A DNA stretch of 64,000 nucleotides from an uncultured Eubacteriales bacterium (GTDB lineage Bacteria > Bacillota > Clostridia > Oscillospirales > CAG-272), in assembly GCA_934489945.1 (NCBI GenBank), contig CAKSSY010000003.1, forward strand, positions 21 through 64,020, read 5' to 3'. Shown in pieces: positions 1-8,491 of this stretch. The notes under the pieces were generated by a model. It saw nothing but the letters and a program-made list of their open reading frames with translations. It was not told the DNA's origin and ran no database searches. Both the position numbers and the translations under genes were made by a program. How positions within the stretch are numbered: position 1 is the stretch's first letter; the number at the start of each line of letters is the position of its first letter.

Positions 1-1445
1 ATTCCAAGTTCCATGAGAGCTTTTTTCAGAGGCTCAAACTTGGCTTCCTTGCAAATAATTTCAACTTTTGTGAATTTCGGTGTGTCACTGTCGGACACGG
101 CAACTTTCTTCACGGGAACCGCTTCGGTAATCGGTACCGTGCCCGAAATCGCAACTGCATCCGTGGGAATTTCCGTGTCACCGGTCAGAGTGTCGGGCAA
201 CATGGCAAATCCGGCATAAGCAGTGAGCAATCCGTGTTCCGAAACATCCAGTCCGGCAATTTCTTCTTCGGCAGAGGCTCGCAGACCGATGGTGTGCTTG
301 AGAATCAGAAATACTGCCGTAATTACAACGGTAACATAGGCGGCAACCGATACAACACCCAGGCTTTGTACGCCGAGGAAATGCCATCCGCCGCCGTAGA
401 AAAGACCCTTTTCGGTAGAAGAACCGGTGGCAAACAGACCTGTCAGAATTGTGCCGAGTGCACCGCAGACACAGTGAACCGAAATGGCTCCGACGGGATC
501 ATCGATTTTGGCAACCTTGTCAAAGAATTCTACTGCCAGAACAATGACAATTCCGAAAACAAGTCCCATAATTGCCGCGCCGAGAGGGCTTACCGCATCG
601 CATCCTGCCGTGATGCCGACAAGTCCGGCAAGAGCGGCGTTGTAGGTCATGGAAACATCGGGTTTTTTGTAGCGGATCCAAGTAAAGATCAATGTGGTGC
701 AACAAGCAACGGCTGCTGCCAGGTTTGTGTTGAAGAATACAAGTCCGGCTCTTTCCATCAGTTCATCAGAGTCAAGACCGACGGTGGACGCACCGTTGAA
801 GCCGAACCAACAGAACCAAAGAATAAAGACACCCAATGCGGCGAATGTCAGATTGTGACCGAGAATGGCTTTCGGTTTGCCGTTTTTATCGTATTTCCCG
901 ATACGCGGACCGAGGATTTTAGCACCGATGAGGGCGCAGATGCCACCTACCATATGTACGGCGGTCGAACCTGCAAAATCGTGGAATCCGAGTTGAGCCA
1001 ACCAGCCGCCGCCCCAGATCCAGTGGCCGGAAATCGGGTAGATCAAAAGGGAAATTGCGGCGGAATAGATACAGTATGCGGAAAACTTCGTTCTTTCCGC
1101 CATGGCACCCGAAACAATGGTTGCCGAAGTGGCACAGAAAACCGTTTGGAATATGGCATATGCCCAAAGCGGAACACCGGCGGGAAGAATCGCCGAATAA
1201 TCCTTCATGATAAGCGGATCAATCCAACCGAACAGAGCATTTCCCGTTCCGAACATGATACCGAATCCGATAAGCCAGAAACACGGCGTGCCGATGCAGA
1301 AATCCATCAGATTCTTCATCAGAATATTGCCTGTGTTTTTTGCACGGGTGAAACCCGCTTCACACATGGAAAAACCGGCTTGCATAAAGAATACAAGAGC
1401 GGCACCGAGCAACACCCAAAGTGTATTTACCGGACTGAAAGACAT
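1..1445 (-). CDS. amt: Ammonium transporter (Amt/NrgA family), truncated by the window edge, reading without a stop into a P-II (GlnB/GlnK/NrgB)-like domain
   Basis: Absent from the ORF track because it runs off the window. Minus-strand ATG at 1445-1443 follows GAAAGAAGGGG. Translation starts MSFSPVNTLWVLLGAALVFFMQ. Near 300-250 it reads LRASAEEEIAGLDVSEHG (Amt C-terminal signature). The last codons, KFTKVEIICKEAKFEPLKKALMELGI, resemble a P-II N-terminus. Confidence 0.9.
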   Translation of the reverse strand, partial: MSFSPVNTLWVLLGAALVFFMQAGFSMCEAGFTRAKNTGNILMKNLMDFCIGTPCFWLIGFGIMFGTGNALFGWIDPLIMKDYSAILPAGVPLWAYAIFQTVFCATSATIVSGAMAERTKFSAYCIYSAAISLLIYPISGHWIWGGGWLAQLGFHDFAGSTAVHMVGGICALIGAKILGPRIGKYDKNGKPKAILGHNLTFAALGVFILWFCWFGFNGASTVGLDSDELMERAGLVFFNTNLAAAVACCTTLIFTWIRYKKPDVSMTYNAALAGLVGITAGCDAVSPLGAAIMGLVFGIVIVLAVEFFDKVAKIDDPVGAISVHCVCGALGTILTGLFATGSSTEKGLFYGGGWHFLGVQSLGVVSVAAYVTVVITAVFLILKHTIGLRASAEEEIAGLDVSEHGLLTAYAGFAMLPDTLTGDTEIPTDAVAISGTVPITEAVPVKKVAVSDSDTPKFTKVEIICKEAKFEPLKKALMELG

Positions 1446-1472
1446 AACAACCCCTTCTTTCTTTATTTTTGT

Positions 1473-3569
1473 TTACCGTACACCGAACATCAGATCTTCG
1501 TAAGTCGGGAACGGCCAGTATTTCTTTGCCGTTAAGGTTTCGGCTTCGTCACAGATTACGCGGAGCTCTGCCATTTTACACAAGATATGGTCGCGGATGA
1601 AGTTTGCGGCTTCTGTGATATCTCCGATCGTCTTATAGCGGATCAACTCTGCCTCAAGTGCCGAGATTGCCGCATCGGCTTCCTCGATGAGCCCGGACAG
1701 TTTTGTGATTGCGGAAAGCTCATGCGTGCAGGCAAGTGTCGGAAGAACCGATTTCTTTGTCGCGCAGGTTTCGGTCAGGTCCTTGACATAATCTTCAACT
1801 GCCGGAATAATCTCACGCCGTGCCATATCCACCATGGTAAGTCCTTCAATGTTTACGGTCTTGCAATAGTTTTCCAGCATGATCTCATAACGGGAACGGA
1901 TTTCCGCTTCCGAAAAGACTTTTTGAGCAAGGAGCATCTCGGTGTTTTTCTTTTCGAGAATGGTGGGCAGAGCATCGGGGGTAGTACGCAGATTGTGCAG
2001 ACCGCGTTTTTCGGTTGCTTCACGAATCCAGGCATCGTCATAACCGTTGCCGTTGAAAATGATGCGTTTGTGTTCCTTGATGGTTTTTTTGATCAGATCA
2101 TGAAGAGCCGATTCAAAATCAGCCGCTTTTTCCAAGGTGTCCGCATAGATTTTCAGTGATTCGGCTACTGCCGCATTCAGCATGATGTTGGTGCAGGCAA
2201 TGCTGTTTGACGAACCGAGCATACGGAATTCAAACTTGTTTCCTGTAAAGGCAAACGGGGAGGTGCGGTTACGGTCGGTGGTGTCGCGTGTGAATTTCGG
2301 GAGGACGTGAACACCGAGCTTCATGATCGTTTTTTCGGTTCCGGAGTACGCGGTGTCTTTTTCAATGGCATCCAGCACTGCGGTCAGTTCGTCACCGAGG
2401 AAAATGGAAACCACAGCAGGCGGTGCCTCGTTTGCGCCGAGACGGTGATCGTTTCCTGCAGTTGCGACCGAGAGACGCAACAGATCGGCATAATCGTCGA
2501 CCGCCTGAATGACCGCACAAAGGAACAGAAGAAACTGTGCATTTTCGTATGGAGTCTCACCCGGTGTAAGCAGGTTGACACCGGTATCGGTTGCCATGGA
2601 CCAGTTGTTGTGCTTGCCGGATCCGTTCACACCGGCAAAAGGTTTTTCATGAAGCAGACAGACAAGTCCGTGACGCGAGGCAACTTTCTGCATAATCTCC
2701 ATAGTCAGTTGGTTGTGGTCGGTGGCAATGTTTGTTGTGGTGTATATCGGTGCCAGTTCGTGCTGTGCGGGGGCAACCTCATTGTGTTCGGTCTTGGCAA
2801 GGATGCCGAGTTTCCACAACTCATCGTTCAGATCTGCCATATAAGCTGCAACTCTCGGCTTGATAACACCGAAATAATGGTCGTCAAGCTCCTGTCCTTT
2901 CGGCGGTTTGGCACCAAACAGCGTTCTGCCGGTCAGGATCAGATCCCGACGTTTTTCAAACATGGTTTTATCGACAAGGAAGTATTCCTGCTCGGGACCC
3001 ACCGAGGTACGGACGCATTTGACATCCGTGTTACCGAACAATTTCAGAATCCGCATTGCCTGCTTGTTCAGTGCCTGCATGGAACGAAGAAGCGGTGTTT
3101 TTTTATCGAGTGCTTCACCACCGTAAGAACAGAATGCGGTGGGAATGCAAAGTGTTTTGTCCTTGATAAAAGCGTAGGAAGTCGGGTCCCACGCGGTGTA
3201 GCCACGTGCTTCAAAAGTTGCACGAAGTCCGCCGGACGGGAACGAAGAGGCATCCGGTTCGCCTTTTATCAGTTCTTTTCCGGAGAACTCCATAATCACT
3301 CTGCCGTCGGGGGCGGGGCTGATAAAGCTGTCATGCTTTTCTGCAGTGATACCGGTTAAAGGCTGGAACCAATGGGTGAAATGTGTGGCACCGAGACTTA
3401 CTGCCCAGTCCTTCATTGCCGTTGCCACAGCATTGGCAACATCATTTTCAAGGCTTGCTCCTTCGTCGATGGTTTTTTTCAGAGAATGGTAGACATCCGC
3501 TGAGAGCATGGCTTTCATGACTCTGTCATCAAAGACGAGACTTCCGAATTCATCCGTTACTGTGTTCAT
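1473..3569 (-). CDS. glnN: Glutamine synthetase, type III
   Basis: ORF 1473..3725, with the start trimmed to ATG 3569 behind GGAGAAAATC. About 698 aa, starting [22 protein letters not shown]. Contains [11 protein letters not shown] and [16 protein letters not shown], typical of the long type III GS. Confidence 0.9.
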   Translation of the reverse strand: MNTVTDEFGSLVFDDRVMKAMLSADVYHSLKKTIDEGASLENDVANAVATAMKDWAVSLGATHFTHWFQPLTGITAEKHDSFISPAPDGRVIMEFSGKELIKGEPDASSFPSGGLRATFEARGYTAWDPTSYAFIKDKTLCIPTAFCSYGGEALDKKTPLLRSMQALNKQAMRILKLFGNTDVKCVRTSVGPEQEYFLVDKTMFEKRRDLILTGRTLFGAKPPKGQELDDHYFGVIKPRVAAYMADLNDELWKLGILAKTEHNEVAPAQHELAPIYTTTNIATDHNQLTMEIMQKVASRHGLVCLLHEKPFAGVNGSGKHNNWSMATDTGVNLLTPGETPYENAQFLLFLCAVIQAVDDYADLLRLSVATAGNDHRLGANEAPPAVVSIFLGDELTAVLDAIEKDTAYSGTEKTIMKLGVHVLPKFTRDTTDRNRTSPFAFTGNKFEFRMLGSSNSIACTNIMLNAAVAESLKIYADTLEKAADFESALHDLIKKTIKEHKRIIFNGNGYDDAWIREATEKRGLHNLRTTPDALPTILEKKNTEMLLAQKVFSEAEIRSRYEIMLENYCKTVNIEGLTMVDMARREIIPAVEDYVKDLTETCATKKSVLPTLACTHELSAITKLSGLIEEADAAISALEAELIRYKTIGDITEAANFIRDHILCKMAELRVICDEAETLTAKKYWPFPTYEDLMFGVR

Positions 3570-3585
3570 GATTTTCTCCTTTTCC

Positions 3586-3632
3586 AATAAAAAATGGGCA
3601 ACGGGGCTTGAAACACTCAAGACCCCATTGCC
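3586..3632 (-). terminator. Leader terminator 2 of glnN (attenuator candidate)
   Basis: Minus-strand RNA GGCAAUGGGGUCUUGA-GUGU-UUCAAGCCCCGUUGCC followed by CAUUUUUUAUU. Ends about 17 nt before the glnN RBS. Confidence 0.6.
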
Positions 3633-3636
3633 TTGC

Positions 3637-3677
3637 AAAATACAAAAAGCGTCGGAAAACCTTTGTTTTCCAGACGC
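3637..3677 (-). terminator. Leader terminator 1 of glnN (attenuator candidate)
   Basis: Minus-strand RNA GCGUCUGGAAAAC-AAAG-GUUUUCCGACGC followed by UUUUUGUAUUUU. Lies between the promoter and the glnN start. Confidence 0.6.
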
Positions 3678-3696
3678 CCTTGCCTGTATGTGGCGT

Positions 3697-3725
3697 ATTA
3701 TACTACGGGATTTTCGATTTGTCAA
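3697..3725 (-). promoter_or_regulatory. Sigma-A-type promoter of the glnN-amt operon
   Basis: Minus strand: TTGACA (3725-3720), 17 nt, TATAAT (3702-3697). Both hexamers match consensus perfectly. Confidence 0.6.
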
Positions 3726-3742
3726 TACCTTTTTCGATTTTT

Positions 3743-3760
3743 TTTGAAAATTTTTTCAAA
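3743..3760. promoter_or_regulatory. AT-rich inverted repeat between the two divergent nitrogen promoters (operator candidate)
   Basis: TTTGAAAA-tt-TTTTCAAA. Perfect 8-bp arms, 4 nt upstream of the plus-strand -35 box. Confidence 0.3.
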
Positions 3761-3764
3761 GTGC

Positions 3765-3793
3765 TTGACAAGCCGGGAAATATGATGTATAAT
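3765..3793 (+). promoter_or_regulatory. Sigma-A-type promoter of the GOGAT-glnA-ANTAR-pyrG operon
   Basis: TTGACA (3765-3770), 17 nt, TATAAT (3788-3793). Both hexamers match consensus perfectly. Confidence 0.6.
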
Positions 3794-3800
3794 CCCAATC

Positions 3801-3860
3801 ATGAGCAAAGACGTTCATATAGATGGGAAACCATCTTTATGAACGTCTTTTTGTTTGTTC
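3801..3860 (+). terminator. Leader attenuator: long terminator hairpin with a competing 5' hexaloop hairpin
   Basis: AAAGACGTTCAT(3807-3818) pairs with ATGAACGTCTTT(3839-3850) around the inner hairpin AGATGG-GAAA-CCATCT, followed by TTGTTTGTT. The alternative hairpin is ATGAGC-AAAGAC-GTTCAT (3801-3818). Confidence 0.6.
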
Positions 3861-3877
3861 GGAAAGGAAATACTACT

Positions 3878-4972
3878 ATGTTGAAAAAAGAAGGTCAGGT
3901 GCGTATCCCCTCGGGATGTGCGATAGCGGCAGTCATATCCAAGGAAGGAAAAAGAATGACGGGGGAGACCATTATAAGCGGAATGCTTCCGATGCACGAT
4001 CGATCCAACGGACTCGGAGGTGGCTTTGCCGGGTACGGAATTTATCCTGAATATCGGGAATTCTATGCCTTGCACATCTTTTTTGACGACCGCACTGCCA
4101 TGACGGAATGTGAAGCCTTTCTGGTGGACAGTTTTGAGGTTGTAAAAGATGAAAACATACCGATCAGAAAGATTCCCGAGATTACCGATTTGCCGATTAT
4201 ACGAAGATATTTTGTTGCTCCGTTGTCCTCTGTACTTTCACGGCTTCAGTTGGATGAGAAGGAATATGTTGCCCGGATCGTAATGAAAATCAATACGGAA
4301 ATGAAGGGGGCTTACGTTTTTTCGAGCGGGAAGAATATGGGGGCGTTCAAGGCGGTCGGATTTCCCGAGGATGTCGGTCGCTTTTACCGCTTGGAGGAAT
4401 ATGAGGGATATTCATGGACGGCACACGGTCGTTACCCGACCAATACACCGGGCTGGTGGGGGGGTGCACATCCGTTTGGTCTTCTTGATGTTTCGGTTGT
4501 ACATAACGGCGAAATATCTTCTTATGATGCCAATCGTCGTTATATTGAGATGTTCGGTTACAAATGCAATCTGCAGACCGACACAGAGGTTATTACCTAT
4601 ATTGCCGACTATCTGCTCAGGCGGCAAGGACTGACCCCGGAGGAACTCGCGTCTGTCATTGCCGCACCGTTTTGGAGTACAATAGAGCGAAAAGAAGAGA
4701 AAGAGGCGGAACAACTTACTTATCTTCGCAAGGTGTATTCCGAGTTGCTGATTACCGGTCCGTTTTCCATTATTTTGGGGTTTACGGGGGGACTTATGGC
4801 ATTGAATGACCGTTTGAAGCTTCGGTCTATGGTGGTTGCCGAAAAGGATGACCGTGTGTATATTGCCAGTGAGGAAGCGGCAATCCGAAAAATGGAACCC
4901 GATGCCAAGGACTTTTATGCTCCCGGCGGAGGCGAACCGATTCTTGTCAAAGTGAAAGAAGGTGCATTCTGA
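3878..4972 (+). CDS. Class-II (Ntn) glutamine amidotransferase, stand-alone equivalent of glutamate synthase large-subunit domain 1
   Basis: In-frame ATG 3878 after AAAGGAAA. Starts MLKKEGQVRIPSGCAIAAV, with the nucleophile Cys after a 13-aa propeptide. VVHNGEISSYDANRRY is a class-II GATase motif. Confidence 0.85.
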   Translation: MLKKEGQVRIPSGCAIAAVISKEGKRMTGETIISGMLPMHDRSNGLGGGFAGYGIYPEYREFYALHIFFDDRTAMTECEAFLVDSFEVVKDENIPIRKIPEITDLPIIRRYFVAPLSSVLSRLQLDEKEYVARIVMKINTEMKGAYVFSSGKNMGAFKAVGFPEDVGRFYRLEEYEGYSWTAHGRYPTNTPGWWGGAHPFGLLDVSVVHNGEISSYDANRRYIEMFGYKCNLQTDTEVITYIADYLLRRQGLTPEELASVIAAPFWSTIERKEEKEAEQLTYLRKVYSELLITGPFSIILGFTGGLMALNDRLKLRSMVVAEKDDRVYIASEEAAIRKMEPDAKDFYAPGGGEPILVKVKEGAF

Positions 4973-6477
4973 TGGAGGGAATGTATATGGTTCCCGAATT
5001 TGAGGTGGTAAGAAACTCTGACCGTTGTGTTTCCTGCCGCGTTTGCGAACGACAGTGTGCGAACGGTGTTCATACTTATGATGTCGACGGCAAAAGGATG
5101 CTTGCCGATGAGGCGAAGTGTGTGAATTGTCAGAGATGCGTCGTCTTCTGTCCGACGCACGCATTGAAGATTGTAAAAAATGATGGTGTTTTTCGTGAAA
5201 ATGCCAACTGGCAGAGCGATACCATAAAGGAAATTTACAAACAGGCGGCGAGCGGAGGCGTTCTTCTTTCGTCCATGGGCAATCCGAAACCGTTGCCGGT
5301 CTATTGGGATAAAATTCTGATCAATGCGTCACAGGTTACCAATCCGTCGATCGACCCTTTGCGCGAACCGATGGAAACCCGTGTGTTTCTCGGGAAAAAA
5401 CCAAATAAGATCACACGAAGAGCAGACGGTTCACTGGATACGACACTGTCGCCGCAGATTGAACTGACAATGCCGGTTTTGTTTTCGGCAATGAGCTATG
5501 GCTCCATCAGTTACAACGCACATGAGAGTCTGGCGCGTGCCGCTGCCAAACTCGGAATTTGTTACAACACGGGAGAGGGAGGATTGCACGAAGATTTTTA
5601 CGATTACGGCGAACATACGATTGTGCAGGTCGCATCGGGACGCTTTGGTGTTCACGAAGCCTATCTGAATGCGGGCGCGGCAATTGAGATCAAGATGGGG
5701 CAGGGAGCCAAGCCCGGTATCGGAGGGCATTTGCCGGGAACAAAAATTGTCGGCGATGTTTCACGAACCAGAATGATTCCGGAAGGGTCCGATGCGATTT
5801 CGCCTGCACCGCACCATGATATTTATTCAATTGAAGATTTACGCCAGTTGGTCTATTCTCTGAAGGAGGCAACGCAGTATCAAAAGCCCGTGATTGTCAA
5901 GGTGGCAGCAGTCCATAATATTGCGGCAATTGCAAGCGGAATTGCGCGAAGTGGTGCCGACATCATTGCCATTGACGGTTTTCGCGGCGGCACCGGAGCG
6001 GCACCGACCAGAATCCGGGACAATGTCGGAATTCCGATTGAATTGGCGTTGGCGGCAGTAGATACAAGGCTCCGCGATGAAGGGATACGGAATCACGTTT
6101 CACTTATCGTTGGCGGAAGCATTCGGAGTGCGGCGGATGTAGTCAAGGCAATTGCCCTTGGAGCCGATGCCTGCTATGTGGCTACGGCGGCGTTACTTGC
6201 CCTCGGATGCCACTTGTGTCGGACCTGTCAGAGCGGAAAATGCAACTGGGGGATAGCGACACAGCGTCCGGAACTGGTAAAGCGGCTGGATCCCGATATC
6301 GGATGCGAACGTCTGGTCAATCTGATGACAGCATGGCGTCATGAGATCAAAGAACTGATGGGAGGCATGGGGATTAACTCGATTGAAGCACTTCGCGGAA
6401 ACCGTCTGATGCTGCGAGGAATCGGGTTGAACGAAAAAGAACTCGAAATACTCGGAATACGACACGCGGGAGAATAA
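4972..6477 (+). CDS. Glutamate synthase FMN-binding domain protein with an N-terminal 2x[4Fe-4S] ferredoxin domain
   Basis: Ferredoxin motifs CVSCRVCERQC and CVNCQRCVVFCP, then GltB domain-2 motifs NTGEGG, IEIKMGQGAKPGIGGHLPG and FRGGTGAAP. The TGATG overlap gives a start at 4972. An alternative ATG at 4987 sits 6 nt after GGAGGG. Confidence 0.85.
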   Translation: MEGMYMVPEFEVVRNSDRCVSCRVCERQCANGVHTYDVDGKRMLADEAKCVNCQRCVVFCPTHALKIVKNDGVFRENANWQSDTIKEIYKQAASGGVLLSSMGNPKPLPVYWDKILINASQVTNPSIDPLREPMETRVFLGKKPNKITRRADGSLDTTLSPQIELTMPVLFSAMSYGSISYNAHESLARAAAKLGICYNTGEGGLHEDFYDYGEHTIVQVASGRFGVHEAYLNAGAAIEIKMGQGAKPGIGGHLPGTKIVGDVSRTRMIPEGSDAISPAPHHDIYSIEDLRQLVYSLKEATQYQKPVIVKVAAVHNIAAIASGIARSGADIIAIDGFRGGTGAAPTRIRDNVGIPIELALAAVDTRLRDEGIRNHVSLIVGGSIRSAADVVKAIALGADACYVATAALLALGCHLCRTCQSGKCNWGIATQRPELVKRLDPDIGCERLVNLMTAWRHEIKELMGGMGINSIEALRGNRLMLRGIGLNEKELEILGIRHAGE

Positions 6478-6511
6478 AAAATGTTTGAAATTTGAAAGAA
6501 GGTGTGGTATA

Positions 6512-7228
6512 ATGATAGATGCAAACGGACTTGATTTTTCCGAACTGAATGACAGAATACGGGCGGACGATTCGGATTGTGTCATTCGGAAGTGTCTGGG
6601 ACAGCGTTTTCTTGCCGCGGGCATGAGCGGTAAACATATTGTTATTGACGGAATTCCCGGAAATGCACTTGGAGCTTATCTTGCGGGAGCCGATATTACC
6701 GTGAACGGCAACGCACAGGATGCCGTTGGAGATACTATGAACAGCGGCGAGATCGTAATTCACGGAAATATCGGCGATGCGGCAGGATATGCTATGCGAG
6801 GCGGTGCAATTTATGCTTGCGGAAACGCCGGGTATCGGGCGGGAATTCATATGAAGGAATATAAAGACACCAAACCTGTCATCGTGATCGGCGGCAGAGC
6901 GGGAAGTTTTCTCGGGGAGTATCAGGCGGGCGGTATAATTCTTGTTCTTGGGCTTCATCGGGACGGAAAACCGATTGTCGGAAATTTTCCATGCACCGGT
7001 ATGCACGGCGGAAAAATGATTCTGCGCGGAAAAGCGGAGAGTGTTGTATTTCCGAAACAGGTCAATCTGCGAATTGCGGACAGTCGCGATATGACGGAAA
7101 TTGTGCCGTATATTCAAAAGTTCTGTTCTTATTTCGGATATGATGAGAGAGCTTTGATAGAAGATTCATATACGGTGATAACACCGGACAGCAAAAACCC
7201 GTATAAACAAATGTATGTCGCAAATTAG
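6512..7228 (+). CDS. GXGXG-motif protein, equivalent to the glutamate synthase large-subunit C-terminal beta-helix domain
   Basis: Start trimmed to MIDANGLDF after GAAGGTG. Repeated G-x-G motifs: VIDGIPGNALGAYLAGADITVNGNAQDAVGDTMNSGEIVIHGNIGDAAGYAMRGG. Confidence 0.85.
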   Translation: MIDANGLDFSELNDRIRADDSDCVIRKCLGQRFLAAGMSGKHIVIDGIPGNALGAYLAGADITVNGNAQDAVGDTMNSGEIVIHGNIGDAAGYAMRGGAIYACGNAGYRAGIHMKEYKDTKPVIVIGGRAGSFLGEYQAGGIILVLGLHRDGKPIVGNFPCTGMHGGKMILRGKAESVVFPKQVNLRIADSRDMTEIVPYIQKFCSYFGYDERALIEDSYTVITPDSKNPYKQMYVAN

Positions 7229-7247
7229 CATGGATCGGGAGGATAAC

Positions 7248-8462
7248 ATGAAGTATTCAAAAGACGAAGTATTGCAGTATGTCGCGGAGGAGGATGTGAA
7301 ATTTATCCGCCTTGCGTTTTGCGATGTTTTCGGAAAGCCGAAAAATATATCCATTATGCCGGATGAATTGCCCCGGGCATTTGAGACGGGGATTGCCTTT
7401 GATGCTTCGGCAGTTTCGGGTTTCGGCGGCGAGATTCATTCCGATCTCTTCCTTCATCCCGATCCGGCAACGCTGTCGGTGTTGCCGTGGAGACCGGAGC
7501 ATGGCAAGGTGGTTCGGATGTTCTGTACGATTCGGCGTGCGGATGGAAGAGAGTTTGAAGCCGACACCAGAACGATTTTGAAAAAAGCGATTGCGGATGC
7601 CGAAGCGGAAGGCGTGTACTTCTCATTTGGGTCGGAAATGGAATTTTACTTGTTCCGACGGGATGAGAACGGAGAACCGACTGCTGTTCCGTATGACAAC
7701 GCCGGATATATGGATATTGCACCGGAGGATAAGGGCGAGAATGTTCGCCGTGAGATATGCCTTACGCTTGAGAGAATGGGAATAAAGCCTGAAAGTTCGC
7801 ATCATGAGGAAGGACCCGGACAGAACGAAATTGATTTTCGTTACTCCGATCCGCTTACTGCGGCAGATAATGCCGTCACCTTCCGAACCGTTGTCAATAC
7901 GGTTTCGGCACGAAACGGATTGTATGCGGACTTTTCGCCAAAGCCGATTTCCGACAAAGCCGGAAATGGAATGCACATCAATATTTCCGTCAAAGAAAAT
8001 GATAAGTCTGATATGTTGCCGCGTGTGATTGCGGGAATATTGAATCATATTGCGGAAATTACGGTGTTTTTGAACACGGACGAGAAATCGTATGAACGGT
8101 TTGGAAAATGCAAGGCACCGCGCTATATTTCATGGTCGGCGGAGAATCGTTCGCAATTGATTCGTATTCCGGCGGCGACCGGGGAATACCGACGTGCCGA
8201 ATTGCGTTCTCCCGATCCGATGTGCAATCCTTATCTTGCTTTTGCACTTTTGATACGGGTGGGACTGGACGGAATCCGAAAGGCATCGGTATTGCCTCCT
8301 CCAACCGATCTGGATCTTTATCACGCGGACAATGAAGTGACTGAAAAGCTCGGGCTTTTGCCACAAACGTTGTCGGAAGCCGGAAAAGCCGCATCGGAAA
8401 GTGAATTTATTCGGAGCTGTTTGTCCCGGAGTGTTCTCGCACATTATACAGATACAAAATAA
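7248..8462 (+). CDS. glnA: Glutamine synthetase, short type I-like (about 404 aa)
   Basis: ATG 7248 follows GGGAGGA. Starts MKYSKDEVLQYVAEEDVKFIRLAFCD. Contains HHEEGPGQNEIDFRY, NGMHINIS and SWSAENRSQLIRIP. Confidence 0.85.
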   Translation: MKYSKDEVLQYVAEEDVKFIRLAFCDVFGKPKNISIMPDELPRAFETGIAFDASAVSGFGGEIHSDLFLHPDPATLSVLPWRPEHGKVVRMFCTIRRADGREFEADTRTILKKAIADAEAEGVYFSFGSEMEFYLFRRDENGEPTAVPYDNAGYMDIAPEDKGENVRREICLTLERMGIKPESSHHEEGPGQNEIDFRYSDPLTAADNAVTFRTVVNTVSARNGLYADFSPKPISDKAGNGMHINISVKENDKSDMLPRVIAGILNHIAEITVFLNTDEKSYERFGKCKAPRYISWSAENRSQLIRIPAATGEYRRAELRSPDPMCNPYLAFALLIRVGLDGIRKASVLPPPTDLDLYHADNEVTEKLGLLPQTLSEAGKAASESEFIRSCLSRSVLAHYTDTK

Positions 8463-8491
8463 TTTCAATATCGGACAAGGAGGTACGTGAC

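Noticed and set aside
234-1535. A 433-aa plus-strand ORF covering most of the first 1.5 kb.
   Set aside because: It is antisense to the ammonium transporter gene. The amt translation is unmistakable (LVFFMQAGF..., ..AEEEIAGLDVSEHG). The plus-strand product is Cys/Arg/Gly-rich with no recognisable motif and no RBS.
3570-3725. A 52-codon N-terminal extension of the glnN ORF as listed in the ORF track.
   Set aside because: The extension would run through the two leader terminators and the promoter itself. ATG 3569 has a proper GGAG RBS and yields the conserved MNTVTDEF start.
3801-3842. A 13-codon mini-ORF (MSKDVHIDGKPSL) starting at about the predicted +1 of the GOGAT operon leader. It could be a leaderless leader peptide.
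   Set aside because: It has no RBS, its content is not enriched in nitrogen-relevant codons (no Gln/Glu run), and the start site is only predicted. The RNA-switch model explains the region without it. It is worth revisiting only if ribosome profiling shows occupancy.
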